Source of the DNA: Deferribacterales bacterium
GTDB taxonomy: Bacteria > Chrysiogenota > Deferribacteres > Deferribacterales > Geovibrionaceae
DNA length: 64,000 nt
Assembly (NCBI GenBank): GCA_050251875.1
Contig: JBFWMA010000008.1
Location: 1 to 64,000, forward strand
Reading direction: 5' to 3'
Numbering within the stretch: the first letter of the stretch is position 1; each line of letters opens with the position of its first letter. The position numbers were made by a program, and so were the translations under genes. Positions 1 through 9,642 of the stretch are shown piece after piece. The notes beneath the pieces were generated by a model that worked only from the letters and a program-made list of their open reading frames with translations, was not told the origin of the DNA and searched no databases.

Positions 1-122
1 TCTGCTCGGCAGAAAACTGCCGTCTCTTCTTGCTCATGTGGACCTCCGATTTCTCTTAGTATTTTAAGCTAAAAAACACTTAGAAATCTACTCTGACTGT
101 CTCAATTCGTCGGTCCACTATA
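1..122 (-). mobile_element. Left end of an IS3-family insertion sequence, with the transposase OrfA start running off the window
   Basis: Minus strand has GGAGG then ATG at 37, reading MSKKRRQFSAEQ (typical IS3 OrfA N-terminus). The terminus TATAGTGGACCGACGAATTGAGACA (98-122) resembles IS3 inverted repeats. Confidence 0.7.
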
Positions 123-179
123 TTATCCAGTATGCTTTAATTCTAGATGAATCATTAATAAAAGGGATCTTTCTAATAT

Positions 180-2141
180 ATGCAACGATATGTTTTTCAT
201 GGTCCTATAAAGAATTACAGACCAGATATTGACGGAATGAGAGCTTTTGCTGTCCTAGCCGTTATTATATACCATTATTTTCCATCAAGACTTAAAGGCG
301 GATTCACAGGAGTAGATATATTCTTCGTAATCAGCGGTTATCTCATAGGTGGAATAATTCTGAACAAAATCAGCAAAGACGAATTCAGCCTGTCTGACTT
401 CTATCAACGAAGAATTATAAGGATTTTTCCAGCTCTGGTGCTTGTACTGGCAGCAGTTCTGATATTAGGATGGTTTGCACTGCCTTCACAGGATTATTCT
501 CTTCTGGGAAAACATACTTTTGGCGGCGCATCTTTTATCAGCAACATTCTTTTTGCCTCTGAGGCTGGATACTGGGATCAGGCATCCGAAACAAAGATTC
601 TACTCCATCTGTGGAGCTTGGGGGTCGAAGAACAATTTTATATTTTATTTCCTCTCTTTATGTTATTTATAAGGAAGTTATCATTAAGAAAGTCTTTATT
701 TATATCTTTCACCTTACTTATTTCTTTTTCACTGAATATTCTCTTTTATGATAACAAAGTTTTTGATTTTTATATGCCTTTCACACGATTTTGGGAAATG
801 CTCTCTGGAGTATCACTTGCATATTTTCAGATGAATATACCTCTGTCTATTAAACATATGCACATAAAAGCAGAGAATTACTTACATCGTGTTCTATTCG
901 ATAAAGAAAAAAATAATAATTCTAGCTTATCAATAAATTTAGTGACAACCGTTGGGTTTTCTTTATTGATTTTCAGCCTATTTACTCAACAATCTGATAA
1001 ATTCCCCGGACTACACGCTCTTTACCCGGTTTTAGGAACAGTGTTGTGTATCTCAGCAGGGTATACGGCAGGTATAAACAGAATAATATTTGCATCGAAA
1101 ATTGCAGTTTGGATTGGCTTAATAAGCTACCCTCTTTACCTTTGGCACTGGGTAATTCTAACATACAGCAGAATAATTTTCGGGCAGTCTATGGATAGGA
1201 CAATAAAGTTAGAGCTTCTATTACTCTCTTTTTTTCTCTCTGCATTGACTTATTATTTTTATGAAAGACCCTTACGTTACAGTAAAAAATTGCGAGCATT
1301 CACCACTCTAATTCTCATCGTTATAATGTTAACTATCGGTTTTTTTGGAGTTTTAATCTGCTTAAAAGGAGGTATAAGCAACCGCTGGATAAACAGACAG
1401 GCTTTATACAATCCAAATGTCTTTAATCATATTAGGATCTATGGTGAAGAATGTAGAGATAAATTCATAAATAATGAAAATGTTTTTTGCAAGGAAACAG
1501 ATGTTAACGGCAGCTATACCGTAGCGGTAGTCGGAGACAGTCATGCTCCTGGCGCATATGAACTTATATCTAAATACAACGCACAATATAACATAAATAC
1601 TGTATTAATTTCTTTAAGTGGCGGAGCAAATCCTATAATAGACAGCAAGGACGATTACAGATATGTGAAAGGATATTCGGATAAAGTTGTAAATATTCTC
1701 CAAAACAGTAAAAAGATTAAAAAAATATTTATACTTATCCGTGAACGGACTTTCTACGGCAACACAATTAAAGAATTACAGAATGCCATTAATGAGTACA
1801 GTATAGATGGAAGGAAGATTTATATAGTACAGGAAAATCCGGTTCTCCCAAATCACATAAAAGAATATTTTGTTCATCCGTTCAACAAGGCATATGTAGC
1901 ACCACCAAAACCTACACGGATGCAGATATCTAAAGAAATCAATCAGTCCGGCAATCACCTTGAACTTCTAAAGGGAGCTAAGATAATTTATACAGAGAAA
2001 GCTTTTTGCCCTGAAAACGAATGTCTTACAGAAGATGAAAAAGGAGTACCTTTATACAGTGATAACAATCATCTGAATTTAAATGGTGATACATTTCTTC
2101 TTGAAAAAGTCTTAATACCATATCTGAATGAAAAACTATAA
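180..2141 (+). CDS. Acyltransferase family 3 with C-terminal SGNH domain (OafA/OatA-like O-acetyltransferase)
   Basis: YRPDIDGMRAFAV, GVDIFFVISGYL, HLWSLGVEEQFY, GDSHA and DxxHL motifs; AT-rich. Confidence 0.9.
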   Translation: MQRYVFHGPIKNYRPDIDGMRAFAVLAVIIYHYFPSRLKGGFTGVDIFFVISGYLIGGIILNKISKDEFSLSDFYQRRIIRIFPALVLVLAAVLILGWFALPSQDYSLLGKHTFGGASFISNILFASEAGYWDQASETKILLHLWSLGVEEQFYILFPLFMLFIRKLSLRKSLFISFTLLISFSLNILFYDNKVFDFYMPFTRFWEMLSGVSLAYFQMNIPLSIKHMHIKAENYLHRVLFDKEKNNNSSLSINLVTTVGFSLLIFSLFTQQSDKFPGLHALYPVLGTVLCISAGYTAGINRIIFASKIAVWIGLISYPLYLWHWVILTYSRIIFGQSMDRTIKLELLLLSFFLSALTYYFYERPLRYSKKLRAFTTLILIVIMLTIGFFGVLICLKGGISNRWINRQALYNPNVFNHIRIYGEECRDKFINNENVFCKETDVNGSYTVAVVGDSHAPGAYELISKYNAQYNINTVLISLSGGANPIIDSKDDYRYVKGYSDKVVNILQNSKKIKKIFILIRERTFYGNTIKELQNAINEYSIDGRKIYIVQENPVLPNHIKEYFVHPFNKAYVAPPKPTRMQISKEINQSGNHLELLKGAKIIYTEKAFCPENECLTEDEKGVPLYSDNNHLNLNGDTFLLEKVLIPYLNEKL

Positions 2142-2190
2142 AGATAAACATACCGAACAATTTTAGTTTTGCTATAAGGCAAAAAAAATA

Positions 2191-2367
2191 CCCACGATAA
2201 CGGCTATTTTCGGAGCGACAAATCCGGCGCACACCGCACCGGAAAGCGCCGTTGTGATATCGTCATCCCTCCCCTGCTCCCCCTGTGAAACAAAAGGACG
2301 TTTCCTCTGCTCAGAAAACAGATGCATGAGAGATATCACCGTGGATCAGGTTTTTAATACTCTTTAA
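2191..2367 (+). pseudogene. C-terminal remnant of a glycosyltransferase family 9 (heptosyltransferase-like) gene
   Basis: Translates PTITAIFGATNPAHTAP...LPCSPC...C...CMRDITVDQVFNTL*; in-frame TAG upstream at 2164 and no start codon. Confidence 0.7.
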
Positions 2368-2559
2368 GAATTTTGTTAAGCACACAGCTTTTGTTAATAT
2401 TTTTTTAACATACCCAAACAAAGCGCCGCTATTACATATAATCTATTTCAACAGCGGTTTACCTGAGTTCATGTTTATACTCATTGACAATTATATTCTC
2501 TGAACGATATTAATAATTAGTAGCTTTTAATTTTAAATAAACAAAGAGAGTGTAAAATT

Positions 2560-2874
2560 ATGATAAAACTAAAGAGAGTATTAAACCCGTTACTGTATCT
2601 TAGCCTTGCAGTACTGCTTTTCAGCTGTGCCGCAACTCCCCAGCATGAAAGCTCCGGAGAGTATATGGACGATACAGTCATTTCATCGAAAGTTAAGATG
2701 GCTATCATCGGCGACAAGTCACTTAAGGTCTTCCAAATAAGTGTTGAAACATACAAAGGTCAGGTTCAGCTAAGCGGATTCGTTGACTCACCTCAGACTG
2801 TAGAGCGTGCTGAAGAAGTAGCCGGTGCAGTTAAAGGCGTTCAGTCAGTAAAAAACAGCCTGATCGTAAAATAG
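2560..2874 (+). CDS. BON-domain (OsmY-like) lipoprotein
   Basis: Lipobox LFSC; DDTVISSKVK...VETYKGQVQLSGFV BON motif. Confidence 0.9.
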   Translation: MIKLKRVLNPLLYLSLAVLLFSCAATPQHESSGEYMDDTVISSKVKMAIIGDKSLKVFQISVETYKGQVQLSGFVDSPQTVERAEEVAGAVKGVQSVKNSLIVK

Positions 2875-2937
2875 AGCCGCTCTGGAATTTCCAGCGGACA
2901 CAAGTTTCTAATACTGTACACAGTAAAAGGAGTGCAT

Positions 2938-3087
2938 ATGCTTTGGACATTATCTGTTGTGCTTATATTGCTTTGGCTTTTGGGCATAATCTCTTCATAT
3001 ACCATGGGTGGATTTATACATATTCTTCTTGTTATTGCCATATTGGCGGTTCTTGTCAGGGTGATTCAGGGACGAAAAATCATGTAG
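2938..3087 (+). CDS. Small membrane protein of the lmo0937 family (49 aa; not in the ORF track)
   Basis: AGGAG RBS; MLWTLSVVLILLWLLGIISSYTMGGFIHILLVIAILAVLVRVIQGRKIM. Confidence 0.85.
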   Translation: MLWTLSVVLILLWLLGIISSYTMGGFIHILLVIAILAVLVRVIQGRKIM

Positions 3088-3141
3088 CTCCTTTGCTCAT
3101 ATAGTAAACCATTCTATAATGTTTCAATGGAGGAACATATT

Positions 3142-3774
3142 ATGTATAAGTATATTTTTTTATCTCTTATGCTGATGGTGCTGTTCGGATGCGCAACCAG
3201 CTATAAAGTGAACATGACTGGCTATGGAGGTCAGGAGAATTATAAAGATCAGACCTATTCTTTTGATTTATCTTCTGATATAAAGACTGACCTTGAAGCC
3301 ATGAAATATATAGAAACTCTTGAAACACAGCTAGCCTGCATTGGCTGGCAGAGAAATGAAAATAAACATAGTTTTGTAATCTCCCCCTCTTTTGGGATTA
3401 CAGGCGCAAAAAATAAACCTGAGGTTACTGGAAATTTCAGCTTCGGTTTAGGTATGTTTAACGGCGGCATGGGGAGCGGAGCTTCCATTGGCACCTTTTT
3501 AGGAACGTCAACAGAACCGTCCAGCACCAAAGAGTTTACTAAATTTCTGGATATTAAGCTTTTCGATAAAGGCAAAACAGATCAGGCTCCCCTCTGGCAG
3601 GGAAAAGTTTTCAGTCAGGATGAGAGTAAAACACTTGCGGATGTTATGCCTGTTCTGATTAAATTAGCTGTGGAGAATTTTGGTAAAAATACTGGCGGCA
3701 GCAAAGATTTCACCTTTAAAGCTACAGATATAAATTTAAAAGCTCTCCAAAACTGTACCGTAGAAAAACCATAA
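3142..3774 (+). CDS. Lipoprotein, DUF4136-like
   Basis: GGAGG RBS before MYKY; lipobox LFGC; Gly-rich FGLGMFNGGMGSGASIG; LDIKLFD...LWQG. Confidence 0.6.
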   Translation: MYKYIFLSLMLMVLFGCATSYKVNMTGYGGQENYKDQTYSFDLSSDIKTDLEAMKYIETLETQLACIGWQRNENKHSFVISPSFGITGAKNKPEVTGNFSFGLGMFNGGMGSGASIGTFLGTSTEPSSTKEFTKFLDIKLFDKGKTDQAPLWQGKVFSQDESKTLADVMPVLIKLAVENFGKNTGGSKDFTFKATDINLKALQNCTVEKP

Positions 3775-3792
3775 TGACAGGAGAACTGTCGG

Positions 3793-4803
3793 ATGAATTT
3801 GACCTTTCACGGGTGGGCGAGAATGACAGCTATTGTGCTGTCGGTTATCTTTTTGTGCATGCCTCTGGCGGCGACTGCCGAGGAGGATAAAGACAGAAAC
3901 ACCATCAGCTTTGTGATGGAGAACGACATCTTCCACAGCGACCGCTACTATACAAACGGAGTCCGCGCCTCATGGCTTCTGACACCGGGGAAGAAATCTG
4001 ACTGGGCGCTTCGGGCTGCCGGTCTTGTCCCCTTCTTTCCTGCCGAGTCCACTGTCCATGTAAACTATTCTGTCGGTCAGAACATGTATACCCCGACAGA
4101 CATCACTTTGCAGAATCCACCCACTGACGACCGTCCCTATGCCGGATGGCTCTATGGGTCTGTGGGGCTGATAGCTGAAACAGGCAAAAGGCTCGATCAG
4201 ATAGAGCTGACTGTGGGCGTAGTTGGTCCCGCCTCTTTTGCGGATGAAACCCAGACCTTTGTTCACAAGACCATACATATAGATGAGCCGCAGGGCTGGA
4301 GTCACCAGCTCAAAAACGAACCGGGATTTATACTCACTTATCAGCGGAGCTGGCGAAGCTATGTTTCCACATCATGGCTCGGCGTTCCATTCGATATAAC
4401 CCCCCATGCCGGAGGCGTGCTGGGCAACATATTTACATATGCCAACACAGGGGTAACACTTCGATACGGCAAAAAACTGCCGTCTGATTACGGTCCTCCA
4501 CGCATACAGCCCAGCCTGCCCAGCTCAGGGTTCTTTGTTCCGAAGAAAGGTTTCGGATGGTATCTGTTCGCAGGTGTTGAGGGTAGAGCTGTGGCCAGAA
4601 ACATCTTTCTGGACGGCAATACTTTCCGTGACAGCGACAGCGTGAAAAAAGAGCCTCTGGTAGGCGATTTTCAGACGGGACTGGTATTGACTATGCGGAA
4701 TGTGCGCATCGCTTATACGCACGTTATACGAAGCAGAGAGTTCAAAGCACAGATCAGCCACAGACAGGATTTCGGAGCGGGCAGCCTTTCAATGCAGTTC
4801 TGA
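3793..4803 (+). CDS. lpxR: Lipid A 3'-O-deacylase LpxR family outer-membrane protein
   Basis: ENDIF.SDRYYTNG, GQNMYTP, DRPYAGWLY, NIFLDGN motifs; C-terminal Phe. Confidence 0.85.
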   Translation: MNLTFHGWARMTAIVLSVIFLCMPLAATAEEDKDRNTISFVMENDIFHSDRYYTNGVRASWLLTPGKKSDWALRAAGLVPFFPAESTVHVNYSVGQNMYTPTDITLQNPPTDDRPYAGWLYGSVGLIAETGKRLDQIELTVGVVGPASFADETQTFVHKTIHIDEPQGWSHQLKNEPGFILTYQRSWRSYVSTSWLGVPFDITPHAGGVLGNIFTYANTGVTLRYGKKLPSDYGPPRIQPSLPSSGFFVPKKGFGWYLFAGVEGRAVARNIFLDGNTFRDSDSVKKEPLVGDFQTGLVLTMRNVRIAYTHVIRSREFKAQISHRQDFGAGSLSMQF

Positions 4804-4808
4804 ATGTA

Positions 4809-5219
4809 TTATTTCCGTTCATCAGGCAGTTTATCAAACTGCTGAATCTTCTCAAGCTCATTGTCCCAGTTCGCCCTGTTTGCACAGAATATATGCCCGT
4901 CAGGTCTGATAGACACATCCACATCCAGACTGCCGGCAGGAACCACCAGCAGCGTCCCGTCCATCTGAATATTAGGAAGCGCCGACCCGCATTCAGGGCA
5001 AAAACTTTTGATATGTCCTATAGAGTTATGATTATACGTCTTCACCAGATTTTCACCGGAAAGCCATTTCAGCTTTGCGGAAGAAGAGAAAAGATTAGCC
5101 GCGTGGGCTGATCCTGTGTCTTTGCGGCACCGCTCACAGTGGCAGAGAAAGAAATTTTCGAAATCACCTTCCACCTCAAAAGTCACCTTACCGCAGAGGC
5201 ATGATCCAAAGTGCTTCAT
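4809..5219 (-). CDS. GFA family Zn-binding protein
   Basis: GSCLCG, CHCERCRK and FCPECGS motifs. Confidence 0.9.
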   Translation of the reverse strand: MKHFGSCLCGKVTFEVEGDFENFFLCHCERCRKDTGSAHAANLFSSSAKLKWLSGENLVKTYNHNSIGHIKSFCPECGSALPNIQMDGTLLVVPAGSLDVDVSIRPDGHIFCANRANWDNELEKIQQFDKLPDERK

Positions 5220-5395
5220 GTTTCATCTCCAAATCATTTATAGTTTTAATTTATTATGGCAGATATCTGATTTATTTTAGGGCTGAAAATTGGACGGGGG
5301 TGTCATCAACTACACCCCCAGGACAGTATTTCCGTGAACAAGTCACGCTTTCGACGCCGTATTTAGGTTTCCGCCACTAAAGAGCGGAGCAAACG

Positions 5396-5803
5396 TCAAA
5401 CGACAGTGAATCTCCAGAGGAGCTGTCTGATACGCTCGCAGAATTTCGGGTCGCATCCGTTGCGCCCCATATAGTTCAGGCGGTTAAGCCTGTATCTGAT
5501 ATAATCGTGAAAACCGCATTTATTCTCAGAAAGATATCTGGGCTTCTGATCGGCAAACATTCCTGATTTCGCCATCAGAGGCAGTGTAATTATCTGAAAA
5601 TAGATGAACTCCATCTCTCTGTTGGTAACAGAGTCGTCACTCGCCAGATCAACCAGCATGTCCATCGCGCGTTCGGGCAGTGCGTCCGGAAAGTCATATA
5701 CTCTGTCCAGTATCTGTTCTTCCGGAGATGCGACACGATAATCGCTCCCGAGATCAGCTTTCTGAAAGTATTTTTCTGTCTTATCCGATGCAAGGTGTGC
5801 CAT
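5396..5803 (-). CDS. Hypothetical protein
   Basis: GGGAG RBS; 135-aa ORF with no recognised motif. Confidence 0.6.
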   Translation of the reverse strand: MAHLASDKTEKYFQKADLGSDYRVASPEEQILDRVYDFPDALPERAMDMLVDLASDDSVTNREMEFIYFQIITLPLMAKSGMFADQKPRYLSENKCGFHDYIRYRLNRLNYMGRNGCDPKFCERIRQLLWRFTVV

Positions 5804-5839
5804 TGTTTTGCTCCCTGATTTATCTGACGCAATGGTAAT

Positions 5840-5856
5840 AACAAGTTGCGTGCCAA
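5840..5856 (-). promoter_or_regulatory. Candidate sigma-54 promoter
   Basis: TTGGCACGCAACTTGTT: consensus -24 element, with TTGT instead of TTGC at -12. Confidence 0.45.
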
Positions 5857-5989
5857 AAAAATCCGGGAAAAAATTACCTTTTTTCAGTGATATTCACTAA
5901 TATTCATGAATCGGAATGTATCGAAGGGAAAAATTTACCACACGGGACAGCGATTTATTTTGTTTTGCATTTCCATGTCAAAATATATA

Positions 5990-6140
5990 TAGTGTTGGTC
6001 TAAATCCATCGGGAAACGGAAGACGGTGAAAATCCGTCGCGGACGCGCCGCTGTAACCGGCATTTCTCCTGTCTGCGCCACTGCGAATGCGGGAAGGCAA
6101 AGACGAAAAAGGAGCCGGAAGCCAGAAGACGACCCTTTGG
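5990..6140 (+). promoter_or_regulatory. Cobalamin riboswitch
   Basis: GGGAA..CGGTGAAAATCCG..CCGCTGTAA..GCCACTG..GGGAAGG..AGCCAGAAGAC in canonical order, upstream of metE. Confidence 0.93.
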
Positions 6141-6252
6141 GATAAGAGCAGGACTGTCTCGCGTCACAGACAGAAGCATTGAACCCTCCCTCGTCAATAC
6201 TTCCGCGTGCCCTGATCTGTCCGCTCTTTTAAATCTTTTAAAGGAGCAGAAA

Positions 6253-8493
6253 ATGCTTACACACATCCCCGGGTTCCCGCGTATAGGAACCAAAAGAGAA
6301 CTCAAACACACTCTCGAAAGCTATTGGAACGGCAAAACAACTCTGGGAGAGCTGAAAAAGACAGCGGAGAAGCTGAAACTCTTCTCGTTTGAAACCCAGA
6401 AAAAAGCAGGTCTGTCATTTGTGGCGGCGGGCGATTTTTCGCTGTATGACAGGATGCTGGATACGGCGCTGATGCTGGGCATGGTACCGGACAGGTTTAT
6501 CAACAAAAAACTGCTGCTGACCGACACCTATTTTTCAATGGCTAGAGGCGACTCCCTGCTGAACCTGAAACCCCTCCCCATGAAAAAATGGTTCAACACC
6601 AACTACCACTACATAGTCCCCGAACTGACGGAGCCCAGACCGGAATATATGAGCGAAAACATCACCGCCGATGTGACACTCGCCAACAAAAACGGGTACG
6701 AGCCGATGGCTGTCATCATAGGTCCCGTCACATTTCTGGCTCTGTCGTCATATTCCGGCAACAGATGGGAGCTGACAAACACAATAACAGACATATATCT
6801 CAGCCTGCTGAAAAGATTATCCGGCAAATGCTCATGGGTCAGCATAGAGGAGCCGATCCTCTGCATGGACATGGACAGAAACGCTCAGAAATCCTTCGCC
6901 GATGCCCACAGATATCTCAGAAAGAAAGCGGACGGGCTGAATCTGATGCTGACGACCTATTTCGGAGATCCGTATAAAAACCTGAAACTGGCGGCGGATA
7001 CAGAGTATGACGCCCTGCATCTGGACATGACATCCATCAAAAGAGACATAACGGATTACACGGGCAAACTCCCTCAGAACATGTCTCTGTCCGCCGGAGT
7101 GGTGAACGGGCGGAATATATGGAAAGCGGACACTGCAAAAGCGGCGCAGACTATTAAAAAACTGACAGATCATCTGGGAACGGACCGTGTAATGGTCAGC
7201 TCCGGCTGTTCACTGCTCCACAGCCCCATAGACAAAACGCTGGAAACCAATCTGGACAATAACATTTATGAGCGCATGTCGTTCGCCGTCCAGAAGTGCG
7301 GGGAGATCAGGCAGATAGCCGACATAGCCGAAGGAAAAGCCGAACCGGAACCATACACAGAGGCAGAACGTCCTGCCGGCATACTCCACGGCGACCTGCC
7401 GGAAGAGATGTTTTCCCGCAAAAGCCCCTACAGCGTCAGGAAGCAGATACAGCAGAAAAGACTGAATCTGCCGCCTCTGCCCACCACAACCATAGGATCG
7501 TTCCCTCAGACGGCTCACATCCGCTCACTGCGCAGAGAGCTGAAAGAAGGCGTCATCACACAGGAATACTATGAAAGCATGATGATGCGCCAAATAAGCG
7601 AAAATATAAAAAAGCAGGAAGAGCTGGGGCTGGACGTGCTGGTGCACGGCGAGCCGGAAAGAAACGACATGGTGGAATATTTCGCAGAGACACTTAACGG
7701 CATGTGCGTCACAGAACACGGGTGGGTTCAGAGCTATGGCAGCAGATGCGTGAAACCTCCTGTCATACACGGCGACATCTCCGCCGATGAGCCTTTCACG
7801 CTGAAATGGATAAAATTCGCCGCATCGCTGACAAAAAAACCTGTGAAAGCCATCCTGACAGGACCCGCCACCATCACACAGTGGAGCTTTGTCCGGGACG
7901 ACATCAGCAGAGAAGAGATTTTCACCCAGATAGCCATGACTCTGCGCTCGGAGATAGCCGAGCTGGAAAACGCAGGTATCCCGATAATCCAGATAGACGA
8001 AGCGGCTTTCGCCGAGGGAATCCCTCTGGACAAAGACGAGCGTGAAAAATATCTGGATATGGCGGTCAATAGTTTTCGTCTGGCGTCATCCGGTGTCGGT
8101 GACGAAACCCAGATACACACCCACATGTGTTACAGCGAGTTCAGCGGTCTGATGCCGTACATAGCCGCGATGGACGCCGATGTCATCAGCATTGAGGCGA
8201 GCCGTGGCGGAATGTCTCTGCTGGATGTTTTTGAAAAGACCCGATACACCAACGGCATAGGTCCTGGCGTATACGACATCCACAGCACAAGAATCCCCAG
8301 TGTGGCGGAGATAACATATCTGATAAAACAAATGATGAAATATATCAGCGCCGACAACCTGTGGATCAACCCGGACTGCGGACTGAAAACAAGGGGATGG
8401 GCAGAAACAGTGTCATCGCTGGAAAACATGACAGCGGCGGCGGCACTTGCCAGAGAAAACCTGAAAAAGAAAAAAGCAACAACATCTGTATAA
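6253..8493 (+). CDS. metE: Cobalamin-independent methionine synthase
   Basis: GFPRIG.KRELK, KWFNTNYHY, PTTTIGSFPQT, HTHMCYSEF, WINPDCGLKTR. Confidence 0.97.
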   Translation: MLTHIPGFPRIGTKRELKHTLESYWNGKTTLGELKKTAEKLKLFSFETQKKAGLSFVAAGDFSLYDRMLDTALMLGMVPDRFINKKLLLTDTYFSMARGDSLLNLKPLPMKKWFNTNYHYIVPELTEPRPEYMSENITADVTLANKNGYEPMAVIIGPVTFLALSSYSGNRWELTNTITDIYLSLLKRLSGKCSWVSIEEPILCMDMDRNAQKSFADAHRYLRKKADGLNLMLTTYFGDPYKNLKLAADTEYDALHLDMTSIKRDITDYTGKLPQNMSLSAGVVNGRNIWKADTAKAAQTIKKLTDHLGTDRVMVSSGCSLLHSPIDKTLETNLDNNIYERMSFAVQKCGEIRQIADIAEGKAEPEPYTEAERPAGILHGDLPEEMFSRKSPYSVRKQIQQKRLNLPPLPTTTIGSFPQTAHIRSLRRELKEGVITQEYYESMMMRQISENIKKQEELGLDVLVHGEPERNDMVEYFAETLNGMCVTEHGWVQSYGSRCVKPPVIHGDISADEPFTLKWIKFAASLTKKPVKAILTGPATITQWSFVRDDISREEIFTQIAMTLRSEIAELENAGIPIIQIDEAAFAEGIPLDKDEREKYLDMAVNSFRLASSGVGDETQIHTHMCYSEFSGLMPYIAAMDADVISIEASRGGMSLLDVFEKTRYTNGIGPGVYDIHSTRIPSVAEITYLIKQMMKYISADNLWINPDCGLKTRGWAETVSSLENMTAAAALARENLKKKKATTSV

Positions 8494-8496
8494 CAA

Positions 8497-8521
8497 AAAA
8501 CCCCGCTGAACGCGGGGTTTT
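8497..8521. terminator. Bidirectional intrinsic terminator
   Basis: AAAACCCCGC-TGAAC-GCGGGGTTTT between convergent genes. Confidence 0.85.
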
Positions 8522-8524
8522 ATT

Positions 8525-9007
8525 TTATAATTTTTCCTGAACCTTAGTCTCGCCGTTCAGCTGGATATAAAAACCGCTCTGCTCCAGACCGGACATATAC
8601 ACCACATTGATAAAGAGAAAACCGCTTCTCTCCACCACATCTTTGAAGAATGAATTGATTCTGCTGTTCTCAAAGCAGTCGTGCATGTCGAAAAGGCTGT
8701 AAGATGTGCCGCAGAGGCTGTTAAGGGCAGACAGAAGATTCTGCCTGTATTTTACGCTGGGTTTGATATATTGATTAAACGCCTGCTGAATCTGGGCGAA
8801 AGATTTTTTCTCGTCTGCGGAAAGATCGCTGACGCACACAGCCTCATCCGTGTGCCTTAGAACCGCTATACACTCACAAAGACCAATGCACAGCTTTTTG
8901 ATCTGTCTGTTCTGGTGCAGAGTTCTGCCGATGTACCACAGCGAAAACAGCGCAAAAACAGACACAACCGCAAGCAGTGTCACATAAGGATCGAGACTGA
9001 AATTCAT
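8525..9007 (-). CDS. Hypothetical protein with N-terminal membrane anchor
   Basis: Hydrophobic N-terminus; GAGGAG RBS. Confidence 0.7.
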   Translation of the reverse strand: MNFSLDPYVTLLAVVSVFALFSLWYIGRTLHQNRQIKKLCIGLCECIAVLRHTDEAVCVSDLSADEKKSFAQIQQAFNQYIKPSVKYRQNLLSALNSLCGTSYSLFDMHDCFENSRINSFFKDVVERSGFLFINVVYMSGLEQSGFYIQLNGETKVQEKL

Positions 9008-9010
9008 GAA

Positions 9011-9202
9011 TTAAGCTCCTCTGCCTGTAGTGCAGAGAGATTTCTTCAGCACTTCTTCCATGCCGTTCACAACTTTTTTCAGTCTGCCGACCTGCTCATC
9101 GGTCTGGCTGCCGTGTCTTTCACAGCTTTTTATAATCAGATGCAGTTCTTTTATGCGTTCCTGAAAGTCAGTGAAGCTCTCTTTGGTTTCATTTTGCAAC
9201 AT
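9011..9202 (-). CDS. Small hypothetical coiled-coil protein
   Basis: GGAG/AGGGA RBS; closely coupled to the downstream gene. Confidence 0.55.
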   Translation of the reverse strand: MLQNETKESFTDFQERIKELHLIIKSCERHGSQTDEQVGRLKKVVNGMEEVLKKSLCTTGRGA

Positions 9203-9267
9203 GTCCCTGCTCCAAAAAAATAGTGTCTAACTATCTTTTCGGTCAGGATGCCGTCAGCTTGAGCCCT

Positions 9268-9564
9268 TTACCCCAGTTTTTTCATAACCGAATCGACTTT
9301 GCTGTTCATTCCCAGAGGTTTATTTTTTCTGTAATCTATCTTAACAGAGACGGATATTCTGTTGCACTCGCTTAAGGTGTCCACGGCGCTGTTTATCACC
9401 TTCAGAACGTCTTCCAGACTGTCACCCTCGATGATTGTACCCATGGGTGTCAGCTCCCAGCTCAGCCCGCTCTCCTTGATAACCTTCACCGCTCTGGCGA
9501 CATATCCGGAAACACTCTCTCCGTCACCCAGAGGCGATATGGAAACAAAAGCCATTGCGCTCAT
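9268..9564 (-). CDS. MTH1187/YkoF thiamine-binding family protein
   Basis: SISPLG..ESVSGYVA..LTPMGTIIEG..KIDYR. Confidence 0.9.
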   Translation of the reverse strand: MSAMAFVSISPLGDGESVSGYVARAVKVIKESGLSWELTPMGTIIEGDSLEDVLKVINSAVDTLSECNRISVSVKIDYRKNKPLGMNSKVDSVMKKLG

Positions 9565-9642
9565 TATTTTTCTCCTTAAAAAATGTTTTATTACTATGGA
9601 AGTTAGTATAAGATGACCTCACACAAACTCAAGGATTTTACA

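Noticed and set aside
5296..5319. GGGGGTGT..ACACCCCC hairpin as a mobile-element end
   Set aside because: Single copy with no transposase; more simply a stem-loop between two co-oriented genes.
6000..6311. 103-aa minus-strand ORF
   Set aside because: Overlaps the cobalamin riboswitch and the metE start.
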